Assembly: GCA_964440235.1 (NCBI GenBank)
Contig: CAYTQI010000003.1
Span: 1,599-65,598, forward strand
Length of the DNA stretch: 64,000 nucleotides
DNA from: an uncultured Planctomycetia bacterium
GTDB lineage: Bacteria; Omnitrophota; Gorgyraeia; JABMRN01; RBG-13-46-9
Reading direction: 5' to 3'
Of this stretch, positions 45,280-54,645 are shown in pieces. Under the pieces are notes generated by a model. The model was not told where the DNA came from. It did not search any database and saw only the letters and a list, made by a program, of their open reading frames with translations. Every line of letters starts with the position of its first letter. The stretch's first letter is position 1. The translations under genes were made by a program, and so were the position numbers.

Positions 45280-47427
45280 TTATTTTTCCTTTAATCCCAT
45301 CAAAACCGCTATCTCCTCATACACCTCTTCGGGTTTAATTGCCTTCATACAACTGTTGCGCTTGGCGCAACGGCTGTGATAGCACGGGCCGCACTTGAAT
45401 TTTTTTCTTAAAACTACGTGTTTTTTTTCGAACGGCGGCAGGTGCCTTTTCGGGTCGGTCGGCCCGAAAAGCGCGACAAAAGGAGTACCGACGCCCGCGG
45501 CCACGTGCAGCGGAGCGCTATCAACACACAGGACAAGATCGCACCTTTTTACCAGGGCCGCAAAATAAAGTATGTTCGTCCTGCCAATGGCGTCTATAGG
45601 TTTACACCTGGCGCGTGCCAAAAATTTATTCGCGAGAGGGCGTTCTTTTTCGAGGCCTGTCAGCAGGACTCGAATACCGAAGTTCAATGCGAGTTTGTTG
45701 CAAACCTCGGCAAAATATTCCGCCGGCCACAGTTTTGTATTCCAGCCGGCGCTCGCGCCGAGGCTAATGGCTATAATTTTTTGCCCGTCTTTCACCCAAT
45801 GGGACTTCAGGAAATTATCCGCCCATTCCTGATCTTCTTTTGAAAGGCAAATTTCCGGGCGCTTATCCATTCTGTATATACCCAGAAGATTCAGCACCTT
45901 TAGCTGGTGTTCCACCGGGTCAACGGGAAAACCTGAATCCCTGATTTTCCTGTTTAACAAAAAACTCATTTTCCCGTTGTCGTAACCGTACCTCTTCGGC
46001 ACGCACGCCATAAACGCGAGCATGTGGCTTTTTTTGTTGTTCTGAAAATCGATTGATATGTCAAAATTTTCGGCGTGAAGTTTTTTCAGGACACGCAGGA
46101 AACCCGCCGGGGAAGCGTCCCTGCCCTTGAAATCGCATATGATTATGTCGTCTATAAAATTGAGATTCGCGAGAACCCCCCTGTTTTCCACGCCAAGCAG
46201 AACTTTTATCTTCGCTTTCGGAAACTTCTTTCTTATGGCTCGAAGCGACGGAACAGCCAGGATAACGTCCCCCAGCGCCCCTATCTTTATGACAAGTATA
46301 TTCATACTCGAGGACGCTTCTTCATAAAGATCCAGTGTAGATTCCATTATGCTTTTTGTGCCGTATTCCTGTTTTAAAAGTTTTTCTGATTCGTTTTTGA
46401 TGTCGCTTTTTAAATTTTCATTTCTGTACAAACCGATTATCGCTTTCGCCGCCTCGCCCGGTTCTTCGCCTGAAATCAGGAAAGCTTTCTTGTTATCCCG
46501 CGCGTAATCTTTTATCCATTCAGCGCGCGTCGTAAACACCGGCACCCCTCCGGCCCAGGCACGCAAAAAAAGTTTCGGGGATGTGTACGCATCCGCGTTA
46601 AAATGCATGAACAAATCCAGGCCGGATATGGATTCCGATACTTTCTCGCCGGGCAAAAGAGTGACAACGCCTTCGAGCGAATACCGCCTTACGAGAAGCC
46701 TGAATTTTTCCAATTCCCTTTTTTGGCTTGTCAGCGCGCTATTAATCAAAAAAACCCTCATATTATATATTGTCCTGGAAATAATCGAAATTGTTTTTAC
46801 AAAATTTTCCGCCGCTTCCTGCGATGTAAGCGGCAAATTCACCCCAATATCAAAATACTTACCTCGTTCCACTGCGTCAGTGGAAAGAGGGGTACTCTTT
46901 CCACTGACGCAGTGGAACGAGGGGTTTTTCATGGAATTGAACTCCTGCGTGCCGGCAAACGGTGGTATAACGCGTATTTTGCCTCTGTGAATAAGGCCTT
47001 TTTCCATAAAGTACCTGGCAAAGCTTTCACAAGAACAGATTACGCGTTTTGCCCAAAATTGAGCCCTTGATCCCAACCCCCTTCCGCAAAAACCGTATAC
47101 CGTAGAAACAAATGTGCGTTCGGTAATGCGGCTTGCAAAAAATGATATGAGAGCCGAAGCGGGGCATCTCGCGTGTACAATGCGTATATCTTCTTTTCGA
47201 ATAATTTGTGACAGCTTAAAAATTGCCGCAGGAATCAGGAAAATATTCGCCGGAACCCCGAGAGCGTAATGACGCGCCCCGACTTCATCGATTTTTTTCA
47301 CGAGTTCACTTTTTGGGGAAGCCACGACAATCTTATGCCCGTTGAGAGCGAGAAAACGCGTGGAAACAATGACGTCGTCGGCGGCATCGCTCGAATCTAA
47401 CTTCGATATTACCTGTAGTATATTCAT
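45280..47427 (-). CDS. GT4-like + GT9 fusion glycosyltransferase
   Basis: N-terminal GT4-fold region (degenerate) followed by GT9 (KIGALGDVIL, KLWP, DSAPLH, FGPT). Confidence 0.88.
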   Translation of the reverse strand: MNILQVISKLDSSDAADDVIVSTRFLALNGHKIVVASPKSELVKKIDEVGARHYALGVPANIFLIPAAIFKLSQIIRKEDIRIVHARCPASALISFFASRITERTFVSTVYGFCGRGLGSRAQFWAKRVICSCESFARYFMEKGLIHRGKIRVIPPFAGTQEFNSMKNPSFHCVSGKSTPLSTDAVERGKYFDIGVNLPLTSQEAAENFVKTISIISRTIYNMRVFLINSALTSQKRELEKFRLLVRRYSLEGVVTLLPGEKVSESISGLDLFMHFNADAYTSPKLFLRAWAGGVPVFTTRAEWIKDYARDNKKAFLISGEEPGEAAKAIIGLYRNENLKSDIKNESEKLLKQEYGTKSIMESTLDLYEEASSSMNILVIKIGALGDVILAVPSLRAIRKKFPKAKIKVLLGVENRGVLANLNFIDDIIICDFKGRDASPAGFLRVLKKLHAENFDISIDFQNNKKSHMLAFMACVPKRYGYDNGKMSFLLNRKIRDSGFPVDPVEHQLKVLNLLGIYRMDKRPEICLSKEDQEWADNFLKSHWVKDGQKIIAISLGASAGWNTKLWPAEYFAEVCNKLALNFGIRVLLTGLEKERPLANKFLARARCKPIDAIGRTNILYFAALVKRCDLVLCVDSAPLHVAAGVGTPFVALFGPTDPKRHLPPFEKKHVVLRKKFKCGPCYHSRCAKRNSCMKAIKPEEVYEEIAVLMGLKEK
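46862..46922. repeat. intragenic nested palindrome, copy 1
   Basis: Perfect 28-bp IR CCTCGTTCCACTGCGTCAGTGGAAAGAG / GGGTA / CTCTTTCCACTGACGCAGTGGAACGAGG. Confidence 0.95.
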
Positions 47428-47492
47428 TATGCCTCTGCGGGCTTACATCTGTAGTTTTCTTCGCGCATTCTTCATGCTCAAGCGCTGGCTAA

Positions 47493-49493
47493 TTAAACGC
47501 CCAGCCGCCACATGTGCATGTATACATCGTGCATGTGTCTTTGTGGCGGGCGTTTCCCGAGTTTTTCTAAATTTTCGCATATCGCTTTCGAAATTTCATC
47601 GGGTTCGACAATCGTTATGTATCCTTTTTTTTCTAAACCATTCAGCATTCTTTCAAATTTTCCAGCCTTTGCCGGGATTTTGAAAAATTTCTTTTTGAAA
47701 TTCTGTATTCGGGACGGATTTTTTTTTCTGGAATTCAAACGAAAAACAATAACTGATTTTCCGCTCTGTACGGCTTCGGAAACCATGGAAGCGCTCTCGC
47801 CGGAAACAACCACCGCGTCACAGAGGCCTAAAATTCCGTCCACCGCGCGAGGAATGTTTTTTTCATTCGCTATAACTAAAAACCCGCAACGCTTTTCCGA
47901 TAATAACCGCTCCTTTACCGCTTTTTCCGCTTGAGCCGGAGTTCTCCGCGAAGTTGTAAATAAAATATCCGCGTCCGCTATTTCGGAAGCATTGATAACA
48001 CCGTTCAGAACTTTTTCCGTTATTTCCGGTGTTAAAGTAAAATCTGAATTATCTCCACCTAAGAGAACTCCGATTCTTTGCGGGTTTTTTAGACGCGCTA
48101 AATCGGAAATTTTCCCCGCGGCTGAATTCATTCGCTCCTCGTCTATCAGGTTTGGCACGATTTCCGTTCTTATCACATGGTCCCGGGCTCGCCCGATTAT
48201 TCGGTCGTGGCGCGGCAGGACAACCATGTCAAACTTGTCGAATCCCGGTATTGAGGGATTCATTATCGCGGCGCTTTTGGCATTATTTTCCACGGAAAAA
48301 AATCTGTTAACAGCCGCCGTGCCCGAACCGCAACTGATTACTATATCAGCGTATTTTCCCATCAATTCATTGTAACAACTTTCCGTAAGGCAGAACTTGA
48401 GGCAACGCATGCAACCCTGGCAGCGTTTTCCGGAAAAAATAGAACAAAATTTAAGCAACGCTTTGGTTGTTTCATTTTTGAACCTGATATCCACCACTTC
48501 CACCCGCGTGTCTTCTTCCCTGTAATCATCTTTTTTCCTGTACCGCTTCAGCTCCCGGCAAACAGCCAGGGACTGGTTAAGATGGCCGGCTTTCCCGTCA
48601 TTCAATACTACAACCTTTTTAAGCGACGACGCTTTCCATCTCTTGTGGAGCCATAACCACTGATCGGGATACATTGTAACGTATTTTTCCAGGAGTTTAT
48701 TGTATTTTTCCAGATACGGCTTTATGTCCTCGCCCTTTTTAATTCTGATAGGTTCGCCTACCATTAACCTGTGATAAGGCCCTTTTACGCGCGCCATAAA
48801 AGCAGGCAATATAAGGGCGCCTGTTTTTGCGGCTATTCTCACTGTCCCGGGCGCCGTGGCGGCCGGCCTTCCGAAAAACTCAATTTGCTCGCCCGTTTTA
48901 CCGGCGTTTTGATCGCCCAGCATTCCTATTATTTTGCCCTCATGCAACGCCTTCACGATATACTTTATCGTGATCCCTTTTGTAACAACGGTAAGGCCCT
49001 TTGACCGGCGAAGCCTGTTCAAAAGATTATCCAGCCTTTTCATGTTTTGTTCCCGTGCCAGGACAATCAGCGGCAAGCCTATCAGGGCGCTTACCACGCC
49101 GGAAAGTTCCCAGTTTCCAAAATGCGCCGTCAAAAATATCACTCCATCTGGATGTCCCTCGATTTTATAGAAATTTTCGCCGCCCACTATTTCAACATGC
49201 TTATCTATATACTTTTTGTCTACTTTTGTGAGCGAAATAATTTCAAAAAAAACCTGGGTGAGCCCCTGGTATACTTTCCTGGTAAGTTTTTTAAGCTCAG
49301 CCGGGGATTTATTGCCGGAAAAAGCGGCTCTCAGGTTCGCATAGGCAATAATTCTTCTCGGCCTGTTCAAAAAATACACGATTATCGAACAACGCCTCGC
49401 CAGCCATAACGTAAATTTCATGGGCAGCAGATAAAAAATCAGGCCAAGCGCCGTAACCAGGCACGCGCATATGTAATCAAGCAAGGATCGCAT
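47493..49493 (-). CDS. lipid A acyltransferase (LpxL/HtrB) fused to an ELM1/GtrOC1-like domain
   Basis: HFGNWE, DQ, PDQWLWLHKRWK, followed by DGKAGHLNQS, LLGG, TTSRRTP, SGESASMVSEA. Confidence 0.88.
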   Translation of the reverse strand: MRSLLDYICACLVTALGLIFYLLPMKFTLWLARRCSIIVYFLNRPRRIIAYANLRAAFSGNKSPAELKKLTRKVYQGLTQVFFEIISLTKVDKKYIDKHVEIVGGENFYKIEGHPDGVIFLTAHFGNWELSGVVSALIGLPLIVLAREQNMKRLDNLLNRLRRSKGLTVVTKGITIKYIVKALHEGKIIGMLGDQNAGKTGEQIEFFGRPAATAPGTVRIAAKTGALILPAFMARVKGPYHRLMVGEPIRIKKGEDIKPYLEKYNKLLEKYVTMYPDQWLWLHKRWKASSLKKVVVLNDGKAGHLNQSLAVCRELKRYRKKDDYREEDTRVEVVDIRFKNETTKALLKFCSIFSGKRCQGCMRCLKFCLTESCYNELMGKYADIVISCGSGTAAVNRFFSVENNAKSAAIMNPSIPGFDKFDMVVLPRHDRIIGRARDHVIRTEIVPNLIDEERMNSAAGKISDLARLKNPQRIGVLLGGDNSDFTLTPEITEKVLNGVINASEIADADILFTTSRRTPAQAEKAVKERLLSEKRCGFLVIANEKNIPRAVDGILGLCDAVVVSGESASMVSEAVQSGKSVIVFRLNSRKKNPSRIQNFKKKFFKIPAKAGKFERMLNGLEKKGYITIVEPDEISKAICENLEKLGKRPPQRHMHDVYMHMWRLGV

Positions 49494-50508
49494 CTATTTC
49501 TTCTTTTCCCCGGATTAATTCAAGTTTTACTGAAAGCGCGAATATTTGCGGCGTAGATTTTTCCGGCTTCAGTTTTTTAAGTTTCACGGCATCCTTTTCC
49601 GTGGTGATAATAGTATCTATGTTTTTCTTTTTACATTCCCTGAAAATGCGGGCAAGTTCCGAAGCCCTGTATAAATGATGGTCCGGAAAAACAAATTCAA
49701 GCGCGACCTGCGCGCCGATTTTTTCTAATGTGTATTTGAAATATGCTCCGTCGCAAATACCGGAAAGCGCAGAAACTATTTTACCTTTTATAAACGTCAT
49801 CTCAAAAGTATTTTCTTTATATATTTCGAAAAGTTGTACGGGCCTGTGTTCGGCTTCCAGTATAGGTTTCCCCGGAATAATGTTTTTTAAGTTCCTCTTT
49901 ATGGCCTCGATGCTTTCTTTCCCCTTATCGGCCTTGGTAAGAACGATAACATCCGTTCTATTGAGATTTTTTATTGGTTCCCGTAAAATTCCGCGCGGAA
50001 AAAGATGCCTGTTGCCGAAAGGATTCGTTGAATCGAGAAGCGCTATGTCAACATCCCTCTTCAGGCGGCGATGCTGAAAGCCATCGTCAAGAATCAAGAC
50101 GTCCATACCTGATTTTTCGGCCGCTCCGGCGGACTTTATCCTGTCTTTTCCGACAAAAACCCTTACACCGCGCTTTCCAAGCTTTTCTTCCAGCATACCC
50201 CATTCGTCTTCGCCGTAACCGCGAATAAGAATGGCTGTTTTTTTGCCTTTTACAATTAACTTTTCGGCGAGCATCATCACGAACGGCGTCTTTCCCGTAC
50301 CACCGAGAGTTATATTGCCAACGCTTATGGTGGTAATGCCGGACTTATAGCTTTTTAGTAGATTAACTTTATAAAAAAAATTATGGGCAGCGGCAAAAAA
50401 ACCGTACACATAGGACGCTATCAACAAAAAAGGTTTGACGGCCCGTGATAGAAAAACATTTCGTTTGCCGTACATTATGTCCCGTATATAAGATTTCAAA
50501 ATTTCCAT
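49477..50508 (-). CDS. lpxK: tetraacyldisaccharide 4'-kinase
   Basis: GNITLGGTGKTP, RGYG, LDDGFQH, G.LRE, TTEKDAVK. Confidence 0.96.
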   Translation of the reverse strand: MEILKSYIRDIMYGKRNVFLSRAVKPFLLIASYVYGFFAAAHNFFYKVNLLKSYKSGITTISVGNITLGGTGKTPFVMMLAEKLIVKGKKTAILIRGYGEDEWGMLEEKLGKRGVRVFVGKDRIKSAGAAEKSGMDVLILDDGFQHRRLKRDVDIALLDSTNPFGNRHLFPRGILREPIKNLNRTDVIVLTKADKGKESIEAIKRNLKNIIPGKPILEAEHRPVQLFEIYKENTFEMTFIKGKIVSALSGICDGAYFKYTLEKIGAQVALEFVFPDHHLYRASELARIFRECKKKNIDTIITTEKDAVKLKKLKPEKSTPQIFALSVKLELIRGKEEIDAILA

Positions 50509-50528
50509 CCGCCCATAATAAATTTGTA

Positions 50529-51800
50529 CTATATCATCCCTATAAGCAACGTGACAAATAGTATCGTAATCAGCATAACAACTGTAGCGGTTTTAAGCCA
50601 TATTTTTATATCGATCGGCGCGTGGGTTTTTTCGCTCATGGAAAGCCCCACCACTCCGACAATAGAACCGATAGGCGTCCCGTTTCCGCCAAATCCTACG
50701 CCAAGGGCAAGAATCCACCATAGCGAATCAATGTTTAACCCCATCTCGCCAACGCGTTTTATTATAGGTATCATGGCGGTCGTAAAGGGAATGCGGTCCA
50801 CAAGGGAAGCGAACCCCGCCGACACCCAGAGAATAGAAACTTTCGCAAGATTATAATTGACCGACGCGAGCGCGACTACCCTTTCGGCGATTATGTTTAA
50901 AATTCCTGTTTTCTCGAGGCCGCCTATCAGTATAAAGAGCGACCCGAAAAAAACAAGTATGGGCCATTCTATGTCTTTTAACACTTCCTCTATGTTCGGC
51001 CTTACCAGTGTAAGTACTATTCCCGCGCCGAGCAACGCTATAAAAGCGTGGTGGAAATTGTGACTTTTCTGGAAAAAGAAAAGCAGGAGAACGATCCCCA
51101 GTGCCATGGCCACGTTGCGCAAAGCTTTTTCATCTTTTATGGCAGCTTTTTCGTTTATTGCCAATATGGGGCTAAAATCCCGGGGCTTCTTTTTCAGGTC
51201 CCCCCTGAAAACTATCGATAGCGTGACAATGGTGATCACGATGCCGCCGAGCGTAACCGGCAAAAGATGTATTATAAAATCATCAAAGGAAAATCCGCTC
51301 GCCGAGGCGATCATCATGTTGGGCGGATCGCCGATCATTGTCCCGACACCGCCTATATTGGAAAGCACTATTTCCGCCATTATAATCGGCAATGGGCTTA
51401 TATCAAGAATATCGCATATGAGTATCGTTATGGGAATGGTAAGAATTATTGTCGTGACATTATCCAATAGCATCGAAAGAAGCGCCGAAATACAACCCAT
51501 CATAATCATGAGGCGAAGCGGCGAACCGCGAGAGGCCTTTGCCGCCTTCACCGCCATATATGAAAAAAAACCTGTTTTTTTACACACGCTTACAATGACC
51601 ATCATTCCGACAAGGAGCCCTATCATGTTAAAGTCTATCGCGCGAAACGCTTCTTCCTGAGAGTAAAAACCCAGTATAACACCCGACGTAACCATCACAA
51701 TCGCGCCAACGAAACTCGCTATGGCCCTATTAAGTTTTCCGGAAAAAATGAAATAAAACGTCGCGATAAATATGGATACGGCAATAATGCAATTTATCAT
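50529..51800 (-). CDS. ArsB/NhaD/SLC13 (IT superfamily) transporter
   Basis: LDNVTT, SNIGG, IGDPPN, GGNGT. Confidence 0.9.
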   Translation of the reverse strand: MINCIIAVSIFIATFYFIFSGKLNRAIASFVGAIVMVTSGVILGFYSQEEAFRAIDFNMIGLLVGMMVIVSVCKKTGFFSYMAVKAAKASRGSPLRLMIMMGCISALLSMLLDNVTTIILTIPITILICDILDISPLPIIMAEIVLSNIGGVGTMIGDPPNMMIASASGFSFDDFIIHLLPVTLGGIVITIVTLSIVFRGDLKKKPRDFSPILAINEKAAIKDEKALRNVAMALGIVLLLFFFQKSHNFHHAFIALLGAGIVLTLVRPNIEEVLKDIEWPILVFFGSLFILIGGLEKTGILNIIAERVVALASVNYNLAKVSILWVSAGFASLVDRIPFTTAMIPIIKRVGEMGLNIDSLWWILALGVGFGGNGTPIGSIVGVVGLSMSEKTHAPIDIKIWLKTATVVMLITILFVTLLIGMI

Positions 51801-52264
51801 TTCTGTTTTGTTTCTCCGTTAAAAAGCGCCTTGCATATATCCATTCGCGTAATAATTCCCGCCAATTTATTATCATCGCCGGTCACGACAGGTAGCCTTC
51901 GTATATTATACTTATTCATTAAAACGGGGGCTTTCATTAAAGACGCGTTTTCCTTTATACTGATAACATTCGCGACCATGAGGTCTTCGGCAATAAAAAG
52001 CTCGAGTGACGGCATGAATTCAAGTTTTTCCTCAAGGGCGCCAAGGTCATCAATGAATAAAAAATCGCCTATCATTTCAAAATAATCGGGAATCAGAACA
52101 TCTATGAGTTCTGTTTTTGTAACCATTCCAAGGAGCCTGCCTTCGCCATCGGTAACGGGTACGCCGCCTATGTTTTTTTCGCAAAAAATTCTATATATCT
52201 GCCGAAGTCCTGTCGAAAGTCCGACTGTAGCAACATTTCTTGTCATTACATCTTTAACTTTCAT
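51797..52264 (-). CDS. CBS-pair protein
   Basis: VKDVMT...GVPV...AEDLM...RRLPVV. Confidence 0.9.
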   Translation of the reverse strand: MKVKDVMTRNVATVGLSTGLRQIYRIFCEKNIGGVPVTDGEGRLLGMVTKTELIDVLIPDYFEMIGDFLFIDDLGALEEKLEFMPSLELFIAEDLMVANVISIKENASLMKAPVLMNKYNIRRLPVVTGDDNKLAGIITRMDICKALFNGETKQK

Positions 52265-53549
52265 GCCGCCGGTGGCCTCCTATAAAATGCGTTATTTCCT
52301 CAACATTTTTAATCGTAGCCCCTTTTTGCCTGTCCAGCAATTTTTTCGCATTCTGCCCCAACACCTCGGCTGTACTTTTATCCAGGAGCAATCTTCGAAG
52401 CGCCCCGGTTAACCCATCTTTGTCCGCAACCTCAAGGGCGGCTTTTTTTTCCAGAAAAATTCTCGCCATGTCCCTAAAATTAAACATATAAGGCCCGAAA
52501 ATAATGGGTTTCCCGAACATTGCCGGCTCCACCATGTTATGCCCGCCCCTTTTGACAAGGCTTCCGCCCATAAAAACAATTTCCGCAAGACCAAAAATCC
52601 ATTTAAGATCCCCTAAAGTATCAAGTATAAGAATTGTTTTTTCGGAAATATTTTTTTTTGCCGTTTTTTTGAAATATGATACAAATTCCCCTTTAAAACC
52701 CATTTTGTCGGTCATTTTTTTTATCGCGGCCGAACGCCCTATGTGACGGGGTGCTATGAGAAGACGCAAATTCCGGAATTCACTTGTTAGCTCAGCATAA
52801 ACCTGGAGGATTATTTCTTCCTCACCGCCGTGTGTGGATCCGGCCACGAACAACCGCCCGCCCGCCAATTCCACTGCGTCAGTGGAACCGGTATCCCACT
52901 GACGCAGTGGAATTGGTTGTTCGGCATCGAATTTCATGTTTCCCGTTACTTTAACGCATCTTGCCGGAGCGCCGAGGGATTTTATGTTGTATGCGTCCGT
53001 TTCCGTCTGCATGCAAAAAAGGCTGATTTTTTTCAATATACCTTCAAAAAAAATCTTTATTTTCCGGTATCCCCGTAAAGACCTATTTGAAATACGTCCG
53101 TTTATAAGTATCACCGGTATCTTTTTTTTCGACAGTTCCAAAATAAAATTCGGCCAGATTTCCGTTTCCATGATAAACACAGCCGAAGGATTAATAATGT
53201 TTATCACATGCCTCACCACAAAACTAAAATCTACCGGAAAATAAAATTTCCTGATTTCATTTCCGAATAACTTTTCGGCAACGGTATTACCGGTACGCGT
53301 CGTCGTTGAAAGAACGATTTTTTTATCCGGAAATTTGTTGGATAATTTTTTTACGAAATTTTTTACGGCCAGGACTTCGCCCACGCTTACAGCGTGTATC
53401 CATACCGGGCGCAGGGCACCTATTTCTCTGAATGCTGCCGGCAGGCGCCCGAAACGCTGCGTAAAATCACGGTGCGCCTTTCCCTTTATGACAAGATAGG
53501 GAAGATATGCAAGCGCGAATACGAAAAAGAATACATCGTAGATTGTCAT
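52254..53549 (-). CDS. waaA: Kdo transferase
   Basis: WIHAVSVGE, ETEIWPN, GNMKFD, GSTH.GEE, GGHN..EP. Confidence 0.96.
   Translation of the reverse strand: MTIYDVFFFVFALAYLPYLVIKGKAHRDFTQRFGRLPAAFREIGALRPVWIHAVSVGEVLAVKNFVKKLSNKFPDKKIVLSTTTRTGNTVAEKLFGNEIRKFYFPVDFSFVVRHVINIINPSAVFIMETEIWPNFILELSKKKIPVILINGRISNRSLRGYRKIKIFFEGILKKISLFCMQTETDAYNIKSLGAPARCVKVTGNMKFDAEQPIPLRQWDTGSTDAVELAGGRLFVAGSTHGGEEEIILQVYAELTSEFRNLRLLIAPRHIGRSAAIKKMTDKMGFKGEFVSYFKKTAKKNISEKTILILDTLGDLKWIFGLAEIVFMGGSLVKRGGHNMVEPAMFGKPIIFGPYMFNFRDMARIFLEKKAALEVADKDGLTGALRRLLLDKSTAEVLGQNAKKLLDRQKGATIKNVEEITHFIGGHRRHES
52865..52916. repeat. intragenic nested palindrome, copy 2
   Basis: Perfect 21-bp IR CCAATTCCACTGCGTCAGTGG / AACCGGTATC / CCACTGACGCAGTGGAATTGG. 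Confidence 0.95.
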
Positions 53550-53702
53550 GGGGACGTTTCGCTCTGTCTTAACCCTTTACGCAGCAATAAGATACATTCG
53601 GTCATGGTACACTTTTATGCCTTTACGTGTTCTGCTAATATGCACAAGTACGTGTTGTAACTTCTTTATTGGCGGCTAGTTAGGGAAAAGTGAAACGTCC
53701 CC
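53550..53702. repeat. 153-bp intergenic element bounded by 11-bp inverted repeats (MITE/REP-like)
   Basis: GGGGACGTTTC (53550-53560) ... GAAACGTCCCC (53692-53702). Confidence 0.6.
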
Positions 53703-53703
53703 T

Positions 53704-54573
53704 TTAGGCCCGGGGATGAGCTTTATCGTATATTGTCTTAAGCCGCTCTGTCGTAACGTGAGTGTAAATTTGTGTTGTCGAAAGATTCTTATGGCCCAGA
53801 AGCTCCTGCACGCTCCTTAAATCAGCGCCCCTGTTTAAAAGATGCGTCGCGAAAGAATGGCGCAGCGTGTGCGGAGAAATACGCTCCTTCACGCTTAATT
53901 GCTTTATGTATTTATTCACTACGCGCCTCACGCTCCTCTGGTTCAGGCGCTTGCCTGCCCTGTTCAGAAAAAGTGCCTTCCCATCATTTTTCTTTCTGTT
54001 CCTGAACTCGAGGTATTCCCGGATAGCGTTTACGGCCTTGTCGCCTATTGGCGCGAGGCGTTCCTTTTTGCCTTTTCCGAGCACTTTCACGACACCCGAT
54101 ATAAAATCCACATCGGAAATATCAATGCCGACAAGTTCGCCAACCCTTATACCGGTACTGTAAAGCGTCTCAAGAAGGGCCTTATCCAGCAAACCGGGCA
54201 TGGTTTTTAAGTCAGGCGCTGAGACAAGTTTCTCTACGGTTTTCTCATCCAGAAATGCCGGCAGTTTCCTGTCCAACCTTGGCGCGGATATGCTTAAAAC
54301 CGGGTTATTTTTTATATAACCGTCTCTCTGAAGAAATCTGAAAAACATTCTCAGAGATGAAATTTTTCGCGCCACCGATCGCTTAGAGATGTTTTTGGAA
54401 CGCAGGTATCCCAAAAATTTTCTTACGGCCAGATAATCCACTTCTATCGCGGTAACGCCCCTCAAAAAACCGGAAAATTCAAGGAGATCGGACACGTAGC
54501 TTTTAACCGTATATGCGGAGTAATTTTTTTCAACAGTTAAGTAATTTTTAAATTTTTCTATGTAGCGTTTCAT
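53704..54573 (-). CDS. xerC: tyrosine recombinase XerC
   Basis: TGIRVGE, GKGKKER, HTLRHSFATH, LGH, TQIY; in the dprA-topA-xerC order. Confidence 0.9.
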   Translation of the reverse strand: MKRYIEKFKNYLTVEKNYSAYTVKSYVSDLLEFSGFLRGVTAIEVDYLAVRKFLGYLRSKNISKRSVARKISSLRMFFRFLQRDGYIKNNPVLSISAPRLDRKLPAFLDEKTVEKLVSAPDLKTMPGLLDKALLETLYSTGIRVGELVGIDISDVDFISGVVKVLGKGKKERLAPIGDKAVNAIREYLEFRNRKKNDGKALFLNRAGKRLNQRSVRRVVNKYIKQLSVKERISPHTLRHSFATHLLNRGADLRSVQELLGHKNLSTTQIYTHVTTERLKTIYDKAHPRA

Positions 54574-54645
54574 ATTTATAGCGTATAGCGGATAGACAAA
54601 CAGAAGAAAATTTGAACGATATACGCAAAAACTTATGCGAGTTTT

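Noticed and set aside
53704-54573. Phage or integron integrase
   Set aside because: Size, motifs and the dprA-topA-xerC context indicate housekeeping XerC. There is no integron-specific insertion, no attC array and no dif-like site that I could identify.
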